Origin: an uncultured virus (IMG/VR IMGVR_UViG_3300025131_007349)
Taxonomy: Duplodnaviria > Heunggongvirae > Uroviricota > Caudoviricetes
Length of the DNA stretch: 64,000 nt
Direction: 5' to 3' (one strand)
IMG/VR virus record: IMGVR_UViG_3300025131_007349
Under the pieces are notes generated by a model, which worked only from the letters and a program-made list of their open reading frames with translations, searched no databases and had not been told where the DNA came from. The position numbers were made by a program, and so were the translations under genes. Below are positions 9,089 to 18,623 of this stretch, one piece after another (positions within the stretch are counted from its first letter, which is position 1; each line of letters starts with the position of its first letter).

Positions 9089-9205
9089 ATGGAATTAAAA
9101 GAAATAAAAAAATTTATATCTACGGTTATTAGGTCTAAAGTATCTAAAGTTAAAGTTGAAACAAAAAAGTTTAAAATTAAAATAAAAACAGAAGATACCA
9201 AGTAA
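9089..9205 (+). CDS. 38-aa peptide resembling the AccB/BCCP N-terminal domain
   Basis: MELKEIKKFISTVIRSKVSKVKVETKKFKIKIKTEDTK; TATTTAT at 9073; absent from the ORF track. Confidence 0.6.
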   Translation: MELKEIKKFISTVIRSKVSKVKVETKKFKIKIKTEDTK

Positions 9206-9250
9206 TGTTAGTATACGTATAAACCATAGAAAGGTTATATTTATTAGTAT

Positions 9251-9625
9251 ATGTTTAAGATTACTGAAATATTAAAAGATTTGTTGGTTCAAGAAGCTAC
9301 CACAGCTAAATCATCCGGACAATACTCTGAACCACTAGGGTACGTTTCGAAAAGAGCTTGGGACTCCAATGCTGAATTTGACCAAATAGGTATGGAAAGA
9401 GAACCAGGAGAAGTTGTAGGTGTAGAGATTAAAACGGAATTACCCTTAGAGGTAGACATTACAAATACATCAGAAGTAGAAGATACGGAGGTAATAGATA
9501 TGGACACTAATTCAGCATCAAATGAATTTGTGGGTGATGAAGAAGCAGAATCACCATTAAGTGATGAGGATGAGGACGACGATATGATGAAAATACTTAA
9601 TCTACTGAATCAATCAGAGGAATAA
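9251..9625 (+). CDS. acidic putative virion-internal protein with capsid N-arm-like motif
   Basis: EATTAKSSGQYSEPL; TATTTAT at 9238. Confidence 0.65.
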   Translation: MFKITEILKDLLVQEATTAKSSGQYSEPLGYVSKRAWDSNAEFDQIGMEREPGEVVGVEIKTELPLEVDITNTSEVEDTEVIDMDTNSASNEFVGDEEAESPLSDEDEDDDMMKILNLLNQSEE

Positions 9626-9809
9626 TTCTTCCACCACTCCTTACTTCATACTGATGGTTACCATCAGAATTCTCATTTAACATTTTAGCGAATCTTATAG
9701 CTTTAGATTTTTCCTCAATTTCGAGAATACTAGATAAACCATCTAACATAAGTACATTTAGTTGTTTACCCTCACTACTCATCATTTTTTTTAAGATATT
9801 ATAACTCAT
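9597..9809 (-). CDS. hypothetical protein
   Basis: 70-aa ORF coupled to the upstream T5orf172 gene. Confidence 0.55.
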   Translation of the reverse strand: MSYNILKKMMSSEGKQLNVLMLDGLSSILEIEEKSKAIRFAKMLNENSDGNHQYEVRSGGRIIPLIDSVD

Positions 9810-10513
9810 TTTAGTTCTATTATGTCGTTAATTTTCTTTCCTGTTTTATAAATAGTGTAGGGGTTAAGGGAACTGTTACCACTACCCCCTTTAACACCCC
9901 TATGTTCTAAGACAATACCATTATTATACATTTTATTGTGTGTGTTATAAGGAATACCCATAAAATGATACATTCCGTCGGCAGTAACAGTTACAGACAC
10001 CTCATTACCTTTATAATTTCTTCTTAACTCCACCTCGGACTCACCCAATTTTGCACAAAGTTCCACAATTCTTGGGTCTCCTTCCGAATTTCCTAGTTTT
10101 GTAACCAATCTTCTACGATTTTCTACAGTTTCATCAGTATCATTACCGGTAATATTACTCATTTTAGTGATTTTTACCCCAGGAATCTGATTTAAAGACG
10201 CTAATCCGCGACTTAAACAGGTATAAAATGCTGATTTTCCCAATAATTCGGTATTAAACCATTCATTTCCATCATATCTAAATAAGTAAAAGAAAGAATG
10301 ACAGATATTTTCCACTATAAAAGCGGGATTTTCGATATTATCTATAGAAATTTGCCATACACTAGTCATTTCATACTTAATTGGTCCATTAGTTCTAGTA
10401 AGTTCACGTTCTCTTTGTGTAAAATCTTTAGTTAGACCAATTTTAATGTCATTACTCTCATATTCTTCGTTTGTCTGGTGAAAATATTCACCGGTATAAA
10501 TGTATTTTTTCAT
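9806..10513 (-). CDS. T5orf172 / GIY-YIG-like domain protein
   Basis: KYIY...IKIGLT...RERELT...VENICH...NEWF. Confidence 0.7.
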   Translation of the reverse strand: MKKYIYTGEYFHQTNEEYESNDIKIGLTKDFTQRERELTRTNGPIKYEMTSVWQISIDNIENPAFIVENICHSFFYLFRYDGNEWFNTELLGKSAFYTCLSRGLASLNQIPGVKITKMSNITGNDTDETVENRRRLVTKLGNSEGDPRIVELCAKLGESEVELRRNYKGNEVSVTVTADGMYHFMGIPYNTHNKMYNNGIVLEHRGVKGGSGNSSLNPYTIYKTGKKINDIIELK

Positions 10514-10657
10514 TTTTTATCTTATTTAAGGTTCAAATTAAAGTATAGTTAAAATGTTAAAAAAAATCTTCAAAAATAGTGATTTTTTTCAGCGCTAATG
10601 CATATATGCTATATGCAGCCTATTTACTTTAAAGCATTAAAGCTTTTAATAGCAATA

Positions 10658-10882
10658 TTAAGCCGACCAAAACTCATCCCAGGTAAATTCCACCCCATTT
10701 TCTTTACATTTCATATAATGTCTAATTTTTGCTCCTAATTTCATGTCATTAGGGGTATTTTCGACCATTTTTTCTATTTCATTAAGTGGTTCACACGCTT
10801 TTTTTTCATCATGATTTATAGGAGGTCGGTACCCAAAAGTTTTTACTTGTCTTAGTTCGTTCAATGTTCTTTTTTTGCTCAT
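10658..10882 (-). CDS. hypothetical protein
   Basis: 74-aa ORF containing PNDMKLGAKIR. Confidence 0.55.
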   Translation of the reverse strand: MSKKRTLNELRQVKTFGYRPPINHDEKKACEPLNEIEKMVENTPNDMKLGAKIRHYMKCKENGVEFTWDEFWSA

Positions 10883-10886
10883 TATT

Positions 10887-11222
10887 TTATTTTTTATTGA
10901 TTATTACTTTATCATCTACAATATCTGGTACTTTTAAGGCATAAACTGTAAATGGTGACATATCTACCGAAACAACTCTATGTTTTTCTCCTTTTTCTAC
11001 TCTTATCACCTTACCAGGCTCTAAAAGATATAATTTATTTTCTATTTCTAAGGTTCCTTGACCTTCAGCGGTTATATAAATTTCGTCACTCTCTTTATGG
11101 TAGTGATAATCTTCATCATATAACTCATCTACAGAAGCTACCGCGATAGATATATCAGTATCATTGGTGTTAAACCCCATAAATCTATGTTTTCCTTGTA
11201 AAGGGTGTTTGTAAAGTCTCAT
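10887..11222 (-). CDS. cupin-domain protein
   Basis: HYHKESDEIYITAEGQG...LEPGKVIRVEKGEKHRV. Confidence 0.85.
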   Translation of the reverse strand: MRLYKHPLQGKHRFMGFNTNDTDISIAVASVDELYDEDYHYHKESDEIYITAEGQGTLEIENKLYLLEPGKVIRVEKGEKHRVVSVDMSPFTVYALKVPDIVDDKVIINKK

Positions 11223-11244
11223 TTAATGGATGATTTTTATTGTG

Positions 11245-11318
11245 TGAACCAAGAAGGATTCGAACCTTCGACCTACAGCTTAGAAGGCTGTTGCTCTATC
11301 CAGCTGAGCTATTGGTCC
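11245..11318 (-). tRNA. tRNA-Arg(UCU)
   Basis: GGACCAATAGCTCAGCTGGATAGAGCAACAGCCTTCTAAGCTGTAGGTCGAAGGTTCGAATCCTTCTTGGTTCA; canonical cloverleaf; CCA not encoded. Confidence 0.95.
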
Positions 11319-11419
11319 CTACGTATATTATATAAATAAAATATATTAAAAAAAAATCACTCTAACAAGTACCTATGTTTTAATTTATTCTAAGTATTTA
11401 TAATAAAATACAAATTATT

Positions 11420-11779
11420 ATGTCTAGAATAAAAATTAGTAAACAGGAGAAAAACCATATAAGAAATTTACAGGAATCTGATAATCTGTCAGATTGGGGA
11501 ACCCAGATATGGGGTACATCACCTAACAACCCTAAACTACAAGAACAAATAGAAACAACTTGTAAACCGTGTGCTGCTGGAACTATGTTCACAGCTGTTG
11601 TGCAACCTACATGTGGTAAAAGAGTTAAATGTGTTGGAGTTAAGTGTTCAAGCCTAAAGAAATATTCATCCCAATCTTGTTGTGACGACGCAGAAGTAGG
11701 AACGTATAAAAAGTTTGGACACGGTGGACACGCTACATGTAATTGCTACCAACACGTACACATGAGTTATTGTAAATAA
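11420..11779 (+). CDS. Cys-rich protein with ISKQEKNHIRNLQE leader
   Basis: 10 Cys in the C-terminal part; TATTTAT at 11395. Confidence 0.6.
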   Translation: MSRIKISKQEKNHIRNLQESDNLSDWGTQIWGTSPNNPKLQEQIETTCKPCAAGTMFTAVVQPTCGKRVKCVGVKCSSLKKYSSQSCCDDAEVGTYKKFGHGGHATCNCYQHVHMSYCK

Positions 11780-11801
11780 AAATCAAAAAGAATAAATTAA
11801 A

Positions 11802-13082
11802 ATGGCAAGACTTATATTATCAGAAGAAGAAAAAAATAGAATAAGAACCCAGCATAAAAGGCTGTCGGAAACAAACGGAGCTCTTAAATGGGGGCATAAC
11901 CTACTATTTGAACAAGACCCAGATGTAGATGTATCAACTTTAGAAATTGGTGATGTAGTAGACGGTAAGGTATTCCAGGGAATGAAGACTAAAAACGTTA
12001 AAAAACAGTATAATGAATTAGGGATGTATGCTGTTGGAAAGGATGACCCAAGTAAATTCTTAAAGACGTTTGTAGATGGTATCGCTGCCACCGTTAATTC
12101 CGATGAAGACATGAAAAACGCAATGGCGGAGGGTAACTTACAATTAGCTAAAGCAACTATTAGAAGTGGTGCTAGTAACTGGTATAGAACACCCTTAAAC
12201 CCTGAAGTGGATAATGATTATAAAAGTGATGTAAATTATAACTACTACACAAACCCTGAGTGGTTCCCTGGTGGTTACGAGTCTTTAAGTGGGCCCGACA
12301 CCACAGATTGGAAAGATAATAAAGCACTAGCCCAACGAAGAAGTACTAAATTTTTAGAGGCACTTAAAGCGGCTCTAATAAAAAGAGGCATAAAAATATT
12401 CCCAGCAATAGAGGAAGTAGTAACATCCAGTGTAGTAGATACTGGTGGAATGACAGACGAGAAATGTAAAGATGACTCAAACTGTAGTAAGTTTCGTAAA
12501 AATCCAGGACAATTTGTAGACGCAGATTTATCATTTGCATATACATCAGAAAAAGCTAAATGGGGTGATTTTGAAGACTGTACAAATAATCTTAAAATAA
12601 CTGTAGGTTACTATGTTACATATAAACTAGCAAAGGGTAAGCAACTTAGCTATGACGGATTAGCAGATTCTGTAAAAGAATTTAATGGTGGACGGGCAAG
12701 CACAACGTATCATAAGTGTGATAGAGCAAAATTTAAATTTTTCTTCAATGACGTAGAAGTAGGAATAGTAAACTTAAATAACGGAAACAACGGTTTGAGT
12801 AGAAGAGGAACATTCACAGTATCAAAAGAAACAGTAGAAGAAATAATAAATGCTGCAGAAACAGGAAAGTGGAACCCTGGTGAATTAACATTACAAATTA
12901 AAGGTATGGCTTCTGACCCTCATTCTGAAGTACCTTTTATAACCATGGTAAATGGTAGGGGTGAAACTTTACTAGATGCGGAAGCGAGTACAGTAAAAAG
13001 TTACGCTCAAGCTAAGAGTTATAAACAAATGGTTCCATTATTTGGACCATTTAATCCTTGTGAAAAAATAGCTCAGAATTAA
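11802..13082 (+). CDS. putative virion-internal protein with LSEEEKNRIRTQH leader
   Basis: 426 aa; leader followed by LFEQ; SGAS...NKALAQRRS weakly recalls the OmpA-like fold. Confidence 0.65.
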   Translation: MARLILSEEEKNRIRTQHKRLSETNGALKWGHNLLFEQDPDVDVSTLEIGDVVDGKVFQGMKTKNVKKQYNELGMYAVGKDDPSKFLKTFVDGIAATVNSDEDMKNAMAEGNLQLAKATIRSGASNWYRTPLNPEVDNDYKSDVNYNYYTNPEWFPGGYESLSGPDTTDWKDNKALAQRRSTKFLEALKAALIKRGIKIFPAIEEVVTSSVVDTGGMTDEKCKDDSNCSKFRKNPGQFVDADLSFAYTSEKAKWGDFEDCTNNLKITVGYYVTYKLAKGKQLSYDGLADSVKEFNGGRASTTYHKCDRAKFKFFFNDVEVGIVNLNNGNNGLSRRGTFTVSKETVEEIINAAETGKWNPGELTLQIKGMASDPHSEVPFITMVNGRGETLLDAEASTVKSYAQAKSYKQMVPLFGPFNPCEKIAQN

Positions 13083-13089
13083 TATAAAT

Positions 13090-13113
13090 AAAATCCCCTA
13101 ACGGGGATTTTTT
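13090..13113. terminator. bidirectional intrinsic terminator
   Basis: AAAATCCCC-TAAC-GGGGATTTT between convergent genes. Confidence 0.8.
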
Positions 13114-13591
13114 ATTTCTCTATAACATTTAATACTACAAATACCACTCCGGAGTCAATATATACCGCTATCGCTCCCCTGTTAGGTTTTTCATGTAACA
13201 ACAACCAATGGTGACTAGGAGAGTTAATCCATTGAGTTAAAACTTGTTTTGATAAATCTTCCATATCCACCCAGCCATCTTTCGAAACTAAATTTGCGGT
13301 AAAAGTAGCAATATTTTCTCCACACGACCAAAAAAATAATCCTTGTGCTTTTAATCTGTTCCAAGGGTTAACCAAAGAATCTTCTCTATGTCCCCAACTA
13401 GAACCGTTATCATGTAGATACTTAGCGTGGTGGTAAGCCGCTTTATATACTGTTGTATCTAAAGTTAACGCGGAAATTCCATTTTCTACACGGTATTCAT
13501 TTATTCTTTCAAAAACAAGTGAATCTAATACGGTTTGTCCATAAGAATTTAGGGTTAAAATTAGGGATAATAATGTGAGTAATTTCTTCAT
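13112..13591 (-). CDS. CAP (SCP-like) domain secreted protein
   Basis: Signal peptide MKKLLTLLSLILTLNSYGQ; INEYR, AAYHHAKYL, GENIA, WINSPSHHWLLL. Confidence 0.85.
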   Translation of the reverse strand: MKKLLTLLSLILTLNSYGQTVLDSLVFERINEYRVENGISALTLDTTVYKAAYHHAKYLHDNGSSWGHREDSLVNPWNRLKAQGLFFWSCGENIATFTANLVSKDGWVDMEDLSKQVLTQWINSPSHHWLLLHEKPNRGAIAVYIDSGVVFVVLNVIEK

Positions 13592-13632
13592 ACTATTATA
13601 TACGAAATACGTTATATTTTGTTTCTTTAAAT

Positions 13633-14229
13633 TCATTCTTTTTCTAATAAGATTATTATTAAAGTTGCGTAACACCATTCCCCATCATAAATGACATTAA
13701 TTACACCTATTGGGACTGTATTATTTTTATCTTCATCTAATGTCATTATATGTTCATGTATAGGTGACTTTATCCAGTTATTCACAAATAATTGAGAATC
13801 AAACTTATTATAATTTGTACGACATAGATTTTCACCAGCATAATGTGAAATAGCATTAAAGGTTGTTTCTCCTTCACTCTTCACTATTTTTATAGATTCA
13901 TATTTGAACTCTACATTGGGATATATTTTTTCTATTTCTTTATGAACTACAGAATTTTCTTTAATCTGTTCTGAAATAAGTTTATATGAATATTTGAAGT
14001 TTGAGGAATGTCCCCCACCAGGGTTCCATAATGAATTAGCTTCCACTACCCGTTCTAAAAGGAAGTCTAATTTATCATTTAATGAAGGCAAGAAATTTAT
14101 GTCACCCAAACCCTGAGAATGTCTATACTCGTTTACGCCAGAAGCTATCTTCATTTCAAACTTAGTGTACTGGGAAAACCCAAGCACAGAAATGAACATT
14201 AAGGATAATGTTAGTAGTGTTTTTTTCAT
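13633..14229 (-). CDS. CAP (SCP-like) domain secreted protein
   Basis: Signal peptide; VNEYRHSQGL, GENL, WIKSPIHEHIM. Confidence 0.8.
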   Translation of the reverse strand: MKKTLLTLSLMFISVLGFSQYTKFEMKIASGVNEYRHSQGLGDINFLPSLNDKLDFLLERVVEANSLWNPGGGHSSNFKYSYKLISEQIKENSVVHKEIEKIYPNVEFKYESIKIVKSEGETTFNAISHYAGENLCRTNYNKFDSQLFVNNWIKSPIHEHIMTLDEDKNNTVPIGVINVIYDGEWCYATLIIILLEKE

Positions 14230-14308
14230 ATTACAAATATAAGAATTTTTTATTGATTACTAATATGGTATACGAAAATATTTATAATATGTTACAATGT
14301 ATTTATAA
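14227..14308. repeat. duplicated divergent-promoter intergenic module, copy 1
   Basis: 14269-14308 matches 24168-24207 at 39/40 nt; the left flank is also similar. Confidence 0.85.
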
Positions 14309-14311
14309 GAT

Positions 14312-14743
14312 ATGAAAACTAGATTAACAGAAACTCAATTAGTAGAACTTATAGAAAAAGTTATATCTGAGAAGAAAGAAAAGAAGTGTCCTAAAGGGAT
14401 GTACTGGTGTGGTGAGAGTAAGGCATGTAAACCAGACTCACAAAAGATGGGAGAGATTGGAACAACTGAAGATATGGAAGAAGCTGTGGGTTTTACTAAA
14501 AGTTATAGTGGAGAATTAGAGGGTGATATTACTTCATTTATAGAAGTAGTCTGTGGGCACATCAAAGACCAGGTAGATAAGAAATCTTTATATGGTGATG
14601 ATGTAATAGTCCAACGAATGTACCAACTTTTAACTGAAGGTGGTGAACTACATTCACTAGTACAGGAGTTAATCGATATTCTTGATAGTTTACCAGACAA
14701 AGAACTAGGCCCTATGGGCTTTAGAGTTGGTAGAACTAAATAG
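14312..14743 (+). CDS. putative virion-internal protein with RLTE leader
   Basis: MKTRLTETQLVELIEKVISE; CPKGMYWC...C motif. Confidence 0.65.
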   Translation: MKTRLTETQLVELIEKVISEKKEKKCPKGMYWCGESKACKPDSQKMGEIGTTEDMEEAVGFTKSYSGELEGDITSFIEVVCGHIKDQVDKKSLYGDDVIVQRMYQLLTEGGELHSLVQELIDILDSLPDKELGPMGFRVGRTK

Positions 14744-14774
14744 AAAATAAAGATATTTATAATTAAAAGAAATT

Positions 14775-15446
14775 ATGGGAAATATTAATAATCCAGGAGG
14801 AACACACACTTATGGTATGTTCACCTCACCAGTTATACCTGCAGACAATCGGGGTAGTGGTGAAACGGCTAATAATCAGGCGGGAGGACAAAAGGCAGAG
14901 CCAATAGCAAAAAATGTAGACTTTTCAACAGCAACAACATCTACAGCTTTAAACATACCAAATCAGGTAATGGGATTATTAGTCAGTGGACTAACATTTA
15001 TGAAAATAAGTCAAACGTTAAATGGACAACCAATTTTTGAACGTAAATCAAATGAAGGAGTATTATTTGGAGCTGGGGAGAACACACCAGTAACTGAAAG
15101 AATTCAGTATTGTTGGTGTGGTCAAGGTAAGGGTCGTTGGGTTTTATTAAATGACACTTATATGGACAACGGAATGTTAGAGTGTTGTGGTGGTACTTTT
15201 GATTGTTGTGCTGGAGGAGAAGGAGACCCGACAAACCCAGTCGGTACACAAGGTGATTCACCAAGATATGCGTGGGCTCTCGAAGGTGGAACCGACAAAC
15301 TAGGCTCAATGGTAACTAAAGGATTAAAGGGTGGATTAGCTGATACAGCTGATGGAACTTTACATTCAGTAGGCGTTCAACCATATTATAGTAATAGACG
15401 CACTCACACTAAAAATCTTAGTCCACAAGGACCAAAAGGTGAATAA
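14775..15446 (+). CDS. Gly/Cys-rich putative structural protein
   Basis: TATTTAT at 14754; YCWCG and ECCGGTFDCCAG. Confidence 0.6.
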   Translation: MGNINNPGGTHTYGMFTSPVIPADNRGSGETANNQAGGQKAEPIAKNVDFSTATTSTALNIPNQVMGLLVSGLTFMKISQTLNGQPIFERKSNEGVLFGAGENTPVTERIQYCWCGQGKGRWVLLNDTYMDNGMLECCGGTFDCCAGGEGDPTNPVGTQGDSPRYAWALEGGTDKLGSMVTKGLKGGLADTADGTLHSVGVQPYYSNRRTHTKNLSPQGPKGE

Positions 15447-15461
15447 TTAAAATAATTAAAC

Positions 15462-15782
15462 ATGAAAAAGAAATTACAACTCAGTGAAACCCAACTAACA
15501 GAATTTATCGAAGATACTGTTAATAAGATAAAAAAAGAAAGACAATCTAAAGTCGTTAAGTTAAGTGAAAACGATTTATATAAGATAGTAGATAAAGTTG
15601 CTGCTGAACAAAAAAATGTTGCTAGCACACCAAAGAAAGTTCAAAAACCAGCTATCGTTGAATCAAAAAAAGAAAAAAAGATAACTAAAGATAAATTCAG
15701 AAAACTGAGAGAAAATCGTAGAAGTAGAAAGGTTTTCGAATCTTTAAACAAAGGAGATAGAAAAAAGATAAATAAAAAATAA
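15462..15782 (+). CDS. basic protein with two copies of the LSE leader motif
   Basis: LQLSETQLTEFIEDTV and VKLSENDLYKIVDKVAAE. Confidence 0.6.
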   Translation: MKKKLQLSETQLTEFIEDTVNKIKKERQSKVVKLSENDLYKIVDKVAAEQKNVASTPKKVQKPAIVESKKEKKITKDKFRKLRENRRSRKVFESLNKGDRKKINKK

Positions 15783-15988
15783 TGAATCACAGAGATTTTT
15801 ATAATTGGTTAAAAGGGTTTATAGACTCAAAAGAAGGAGGGCTATCGCCCCAGGACTTAGAGTTGTTAAAATCTAGAATGAATAGTGTAAAAGAGGATGA
15901 GACAAGAGGGACAAATATTTTAGTAGAACCAGCCAGACCAAATCAAAGAAACATACCCCCAAAAACGGTGCCTGATATCTGGGCATAA
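15782..15988 (+). CDS. hypothetical protein
   Basis: DFYNWLKGFID; coupled to the upstream ORF. Confidence 0.55.
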   Translation: MNHRDFYNWLKGFIDSKEGGLSPQDLELLKSRMNSVKEDETRGTNILVEPARPNQRNIPPKTVPDIWA

Positions 15989-15991
15989 ACA

Positions 15992-16210
15992 TCAAAATAT
16001 ATACCAAGTAGATTTTTTGGTTTTAAGGGCTTTATAAATAACCTTTAGGTAATTTGGGTGTGCGTATAAATCCGATAACCCCCACAATCGTAATTCTAAA
16101 TGAGAAGTTATTCTTCCATCATTTATACGTTTTTTTATTTCTTTAAAATTTTCTATACCGACACGTTCGACTACTACGGTTTCGATTTTATCTCTTTTTA
16201 GTTTTTTCAT
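15992..16210 (-). CDS. hypothetical protein
   Basis: 72-aa ORF coupled to the HAD gene. Confidence 0.5.
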   Translation of the reverse strand: MKKLKRDKIETVVVERVGIENFKEIKKRINDGRITSHLELRLWGLSDLYAHPNYLKVIYKALKTKKSTWYIF

Positions 16211-16569
16211 ATTTTACTTAATCCTACTTGGGACCAATCATAATTAATAAATCCTTCATCACGTTTTAAAGAGACTGCGTGAGCTTTTACTTTACTACCC
16301 TCATCATTTATCAATACCCTACCAGAATCAGCACAACCCATGATTAATAAATCAAAAGGAAGGCCTAATTTGGTTAATTCTTCTTCTGTTACTTTTCTTA
16401 GGTTTTCTCTCCTCCCAGTAATAAGAATTATTTTACAACCTTGATTTTCCCACTTATTAAGATGTTTTGATACTCCGGGTAGTATATCATGAGGTGTAGT
16501 CATAATACCCTTAGTGTCTTTTTTGTATGAAACCAAAGTACCGTCTATATCACAAATAATTGTCTTCAT
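16207..16569 (-). CDS. HAD-superfamily phosphatase-like protein
   Basis: IICDIDGTL, LITGR, LIND. Confidence 0.8.
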   Translation of the reverse strand: MKTIICDIDGTLVSYKKDTKGIMTTPHDILPGVSKHLNKWENQGCKIILITGRRENLRKVTEEELTKLGLPFDLLIMGCADSGRVLINDEGSKVKAHAVSLKRDEGFINYDWSQVGLSKI

Positions 16570-16574
16570 TTGTT

Positions 16575-16754
16575 TTACCCTTTAAAGTCACAAGATTTAT
16601 GTGCACCATCACACATTGGTTGATTTTTAGTTTGACCACATCTACATAATGCATAATTTTCACTTACTATTACCTCTTCACCACCTTTTGTTACTGTAGT
16701 TTCTCCTTTGACCAAGATTGGTCCATTTTCTATAATATTAATTTCTACTGCCAT
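16575..16754 (-). CDS. CDGSH iron-sulfur domain protein
   Basis: MAVEINIIENGPILVKG...ALCRCGQTKNQPMCDGAHK; absent from the ORF track. Confidence 0.88.
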   Translation of the reverse strand: MAVEINIIENGPILVKGETTVTKGGEEVIVSENYALCRCGQTKNQPMCDGAHKSCDFKG

Positions 16755-16817
16755 TTTTTTTAATTTAATAATGTTATTTTCTTAAATATAAGGCTATTTA
16801 TAATAAAAACAAATACT

Positions 16818-17105
16818 ATGAATTTCTTTAAAAACATGTTAAGTAGCGAAGGGAAAGTCTCAAGCAAGAGATTTGTAACTTTTGTATGTCTATTATTTAT
16901 GTTAATTGGGTATACAGCAAATTTATTTTGGGACTTCACAATTGATAGTGACCTATTTCAATCACTACAATGGATAGTTATGGCAGGACTTGGATTTACA
17001 GCAGCAGAGAACTTTTCACATAATGGTGTGAGCGAAGAAACAGTAGAAGAAGAACAACCAACACATACAACGGTAACTCATGAATATGACCATGACGACA
17101 TATAA
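16818..17105 (+). CDS. two-TM membrane protein (holin-like candidate)
   Basis: SSKRF followed by two hydrophobic helices and an acidic tail; TATTTAT at 16795. Confidence 0.55.
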   Translation: MNFFKNMLSSEGKVSSKRFVTFVCLLFMLIGYTANLFWDFTIDSDLFQSLQWIVMAGLGFTAAENFSHNGVSEETVEEEQPTHTTVTHEYDHDDI

Positions 17106-17175
17106 AAATAAAAAAACACACTACTAACTACAAACTTTTTAAAAGTTGGTAATATTTATTATAAAAACAAATACT

Positions 17176-17433
17176 ATGGGATTAAATACTAATTACGGAC
17201 AATTTCCACCACAAAAAGCTCCGGCTGGAAACACAGACGGTCATGACTACAACACAAGAGGTTCAGTGTGGAACATGTCGGAAGGAACAATAGGTGGTAA
17301 CAATATAAGAGACGGAAGATTCGGTTATACTTATTATCTAACTGGCCAAACACAAAATGGCGATAAATTCTTATTAGATACAAGAAAAGGTCCATATACA
17401 GACTTAGAATGGATTGATTATAAACCAGCATAG
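17176..17433 (+). CDS. hypothetical late protein
   Basis: ATG after TATTTATTATAAAAACAAATACT, nearly identical to the 16818 leader. Confidence 0.55.
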   Translation: MGLNTNYGQFPPQKAPAGNTDGHDYNTRGSVWNMSEGTIGGNNIRDGRFGYTYYLTGQTQNGDKFLLDTRKGPYTDLEWIDYKPA

Positions 17434-17461
17434 TAGAATATAACGACATATAAAATTAATT

Positions 17462-17486
17462 AGGGACTTTTGTCCCTTTTTTTTTT
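17462..17486 (+). terminator. intrinsic terminator
   Basis: AGGGAC-TTTT-GTCCCT followed by a T run. Confidence 0.7.
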
Positions 17487-17510
17487 ATATTTATTTATAT
17501 AAATTAATAT

Positions 17511-18623
17511 ATGGCCTTACCTTCTAACATAGAGATATTATGGGCCGAACGAGAGATTTTGAAACATCTAAGCGGTTCGGATAAACAAGAAATCGCTAAA
17601 TGGTTTAACATACTTAGAAATTGGGGCAAATATAATATGCTTACCACAAACCTAACACCTTATTTTACAGATGCAAAAAATGTTCTTAGACAAGAATTAG
17701 CTCCAGAGATTTTAAATGCAATGGATGAAGAAGGTGAAGATTTTGATTATGAGACATTTTTAGAAGAAAGATACCCACAAGTAAAATATATTCATGATAA
17801 TTCACAAAAAATGAGAGACATGATGACTAGATTAACTATTTTATATATGCAAGAAAATAATGAACCTATGACTAATAGTAATGTGGATAGGCACTTTAAT
17901 AAACTTGCACTTAAAACATATACCACTATTATGCGTTCTCCATATTTTGACAGAGAGTTAAATAGAAGTGAAAATATTAATGAACAACAGTGGTTGGGAC
18001 AGGATAGTGACGAATACGCACATAAGTTTGCGGATAGGAGTAGTGATATGTATTTTAGCCGGTTCGTTAAACCAGAATATAAAGAATCTATTTTTAAACA
18101 ATGGGATAAACTTGGGCATGCCGATTATGGTGTTTTAAAATATTTTAATATCATCGATGATGAAGCAGATGAAGAGTATACTGATTTTCGTAATATTGGA
18201 GATGTGGTTTATCCTCTTTTATATCTTGAATGGATTGGTGGTATTCACAACACTAAGTTTGCTAATATGAAATGGATAGTAACCAAGGAAGGAGGGTGGA
18301 ACCCTATAAAATTTAAAATAGAACCAGTTGATTATGATTATTTATATGATGAGTCCGAACAGTTCGGCGAACATGGTTATGCTTGTTGGGATATTGTAGT
18401 TTATATAGATAAAGATAGTGATTTTGACCTACCTTCTGAACGAGAAGAGGGTGAAATCCCATATATACAAGAATTATTTCCAGAAAGTGCAAGAAATAAA
18501 TTAAGTTCTTTCAGAAATTATACGGATGAACAGATAGAGGTGATAGAAATGATGTGGGAGAGTTATGTTGATAACATAGAGTTTACACCTACATTTTGTC
18601 AGGTGGAAGTTGTTCTAGTTTAA
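17511..18623 (+). CDS. hypothetical late protein; two modules joined at NINEQ
   Basis: 370 aa; TATTTAT upstream. Confidence 0.6.
   Translation: MALPSNIEILWAEREILKHLSGSDKQEIAKWFNILRNWGKYNMLTTNLTPYFTDAKNVLRQELAPEILNAMDEEGEDFDYETFLEERYPQVKYIHDNSQKMRDMMTRLTILYMQENNEPMTNSNVDRHFNKLALKTYTTIMRSPYFDRELNRSENINEQQWLGQDSDEYAHKFADRSSDMYFSRFVKPEYKESIFKQWDKLGHADYGVLKYFNIIDDEADEEYTDFRNIGDVVYPLLYLEWIGGIHNTKFANMKWIVTKEGGWNPIKFKIEPVDYDYLYDESEQFGEHGYACWDIVVYIDKDSDFDLPSEREEGEIPYIQELFPESARNKLSSFRNYTDEQIEVIEMMWESYVDNIEFTPTFCQVEVVLV

Noticed and set aside
9806..10513. T5orf172/GIY-YIG gene as a mobile homing element
   Set aside because: No interrupted gene, intron structure or flanking repeats visible.
10590..10655. 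Short palindromes (GCATATATGC, TAAAGCTTTTA) in an intergenic gap
   Set aside because: Short and AT-rich, so plausible by chance; no second copy noticed.
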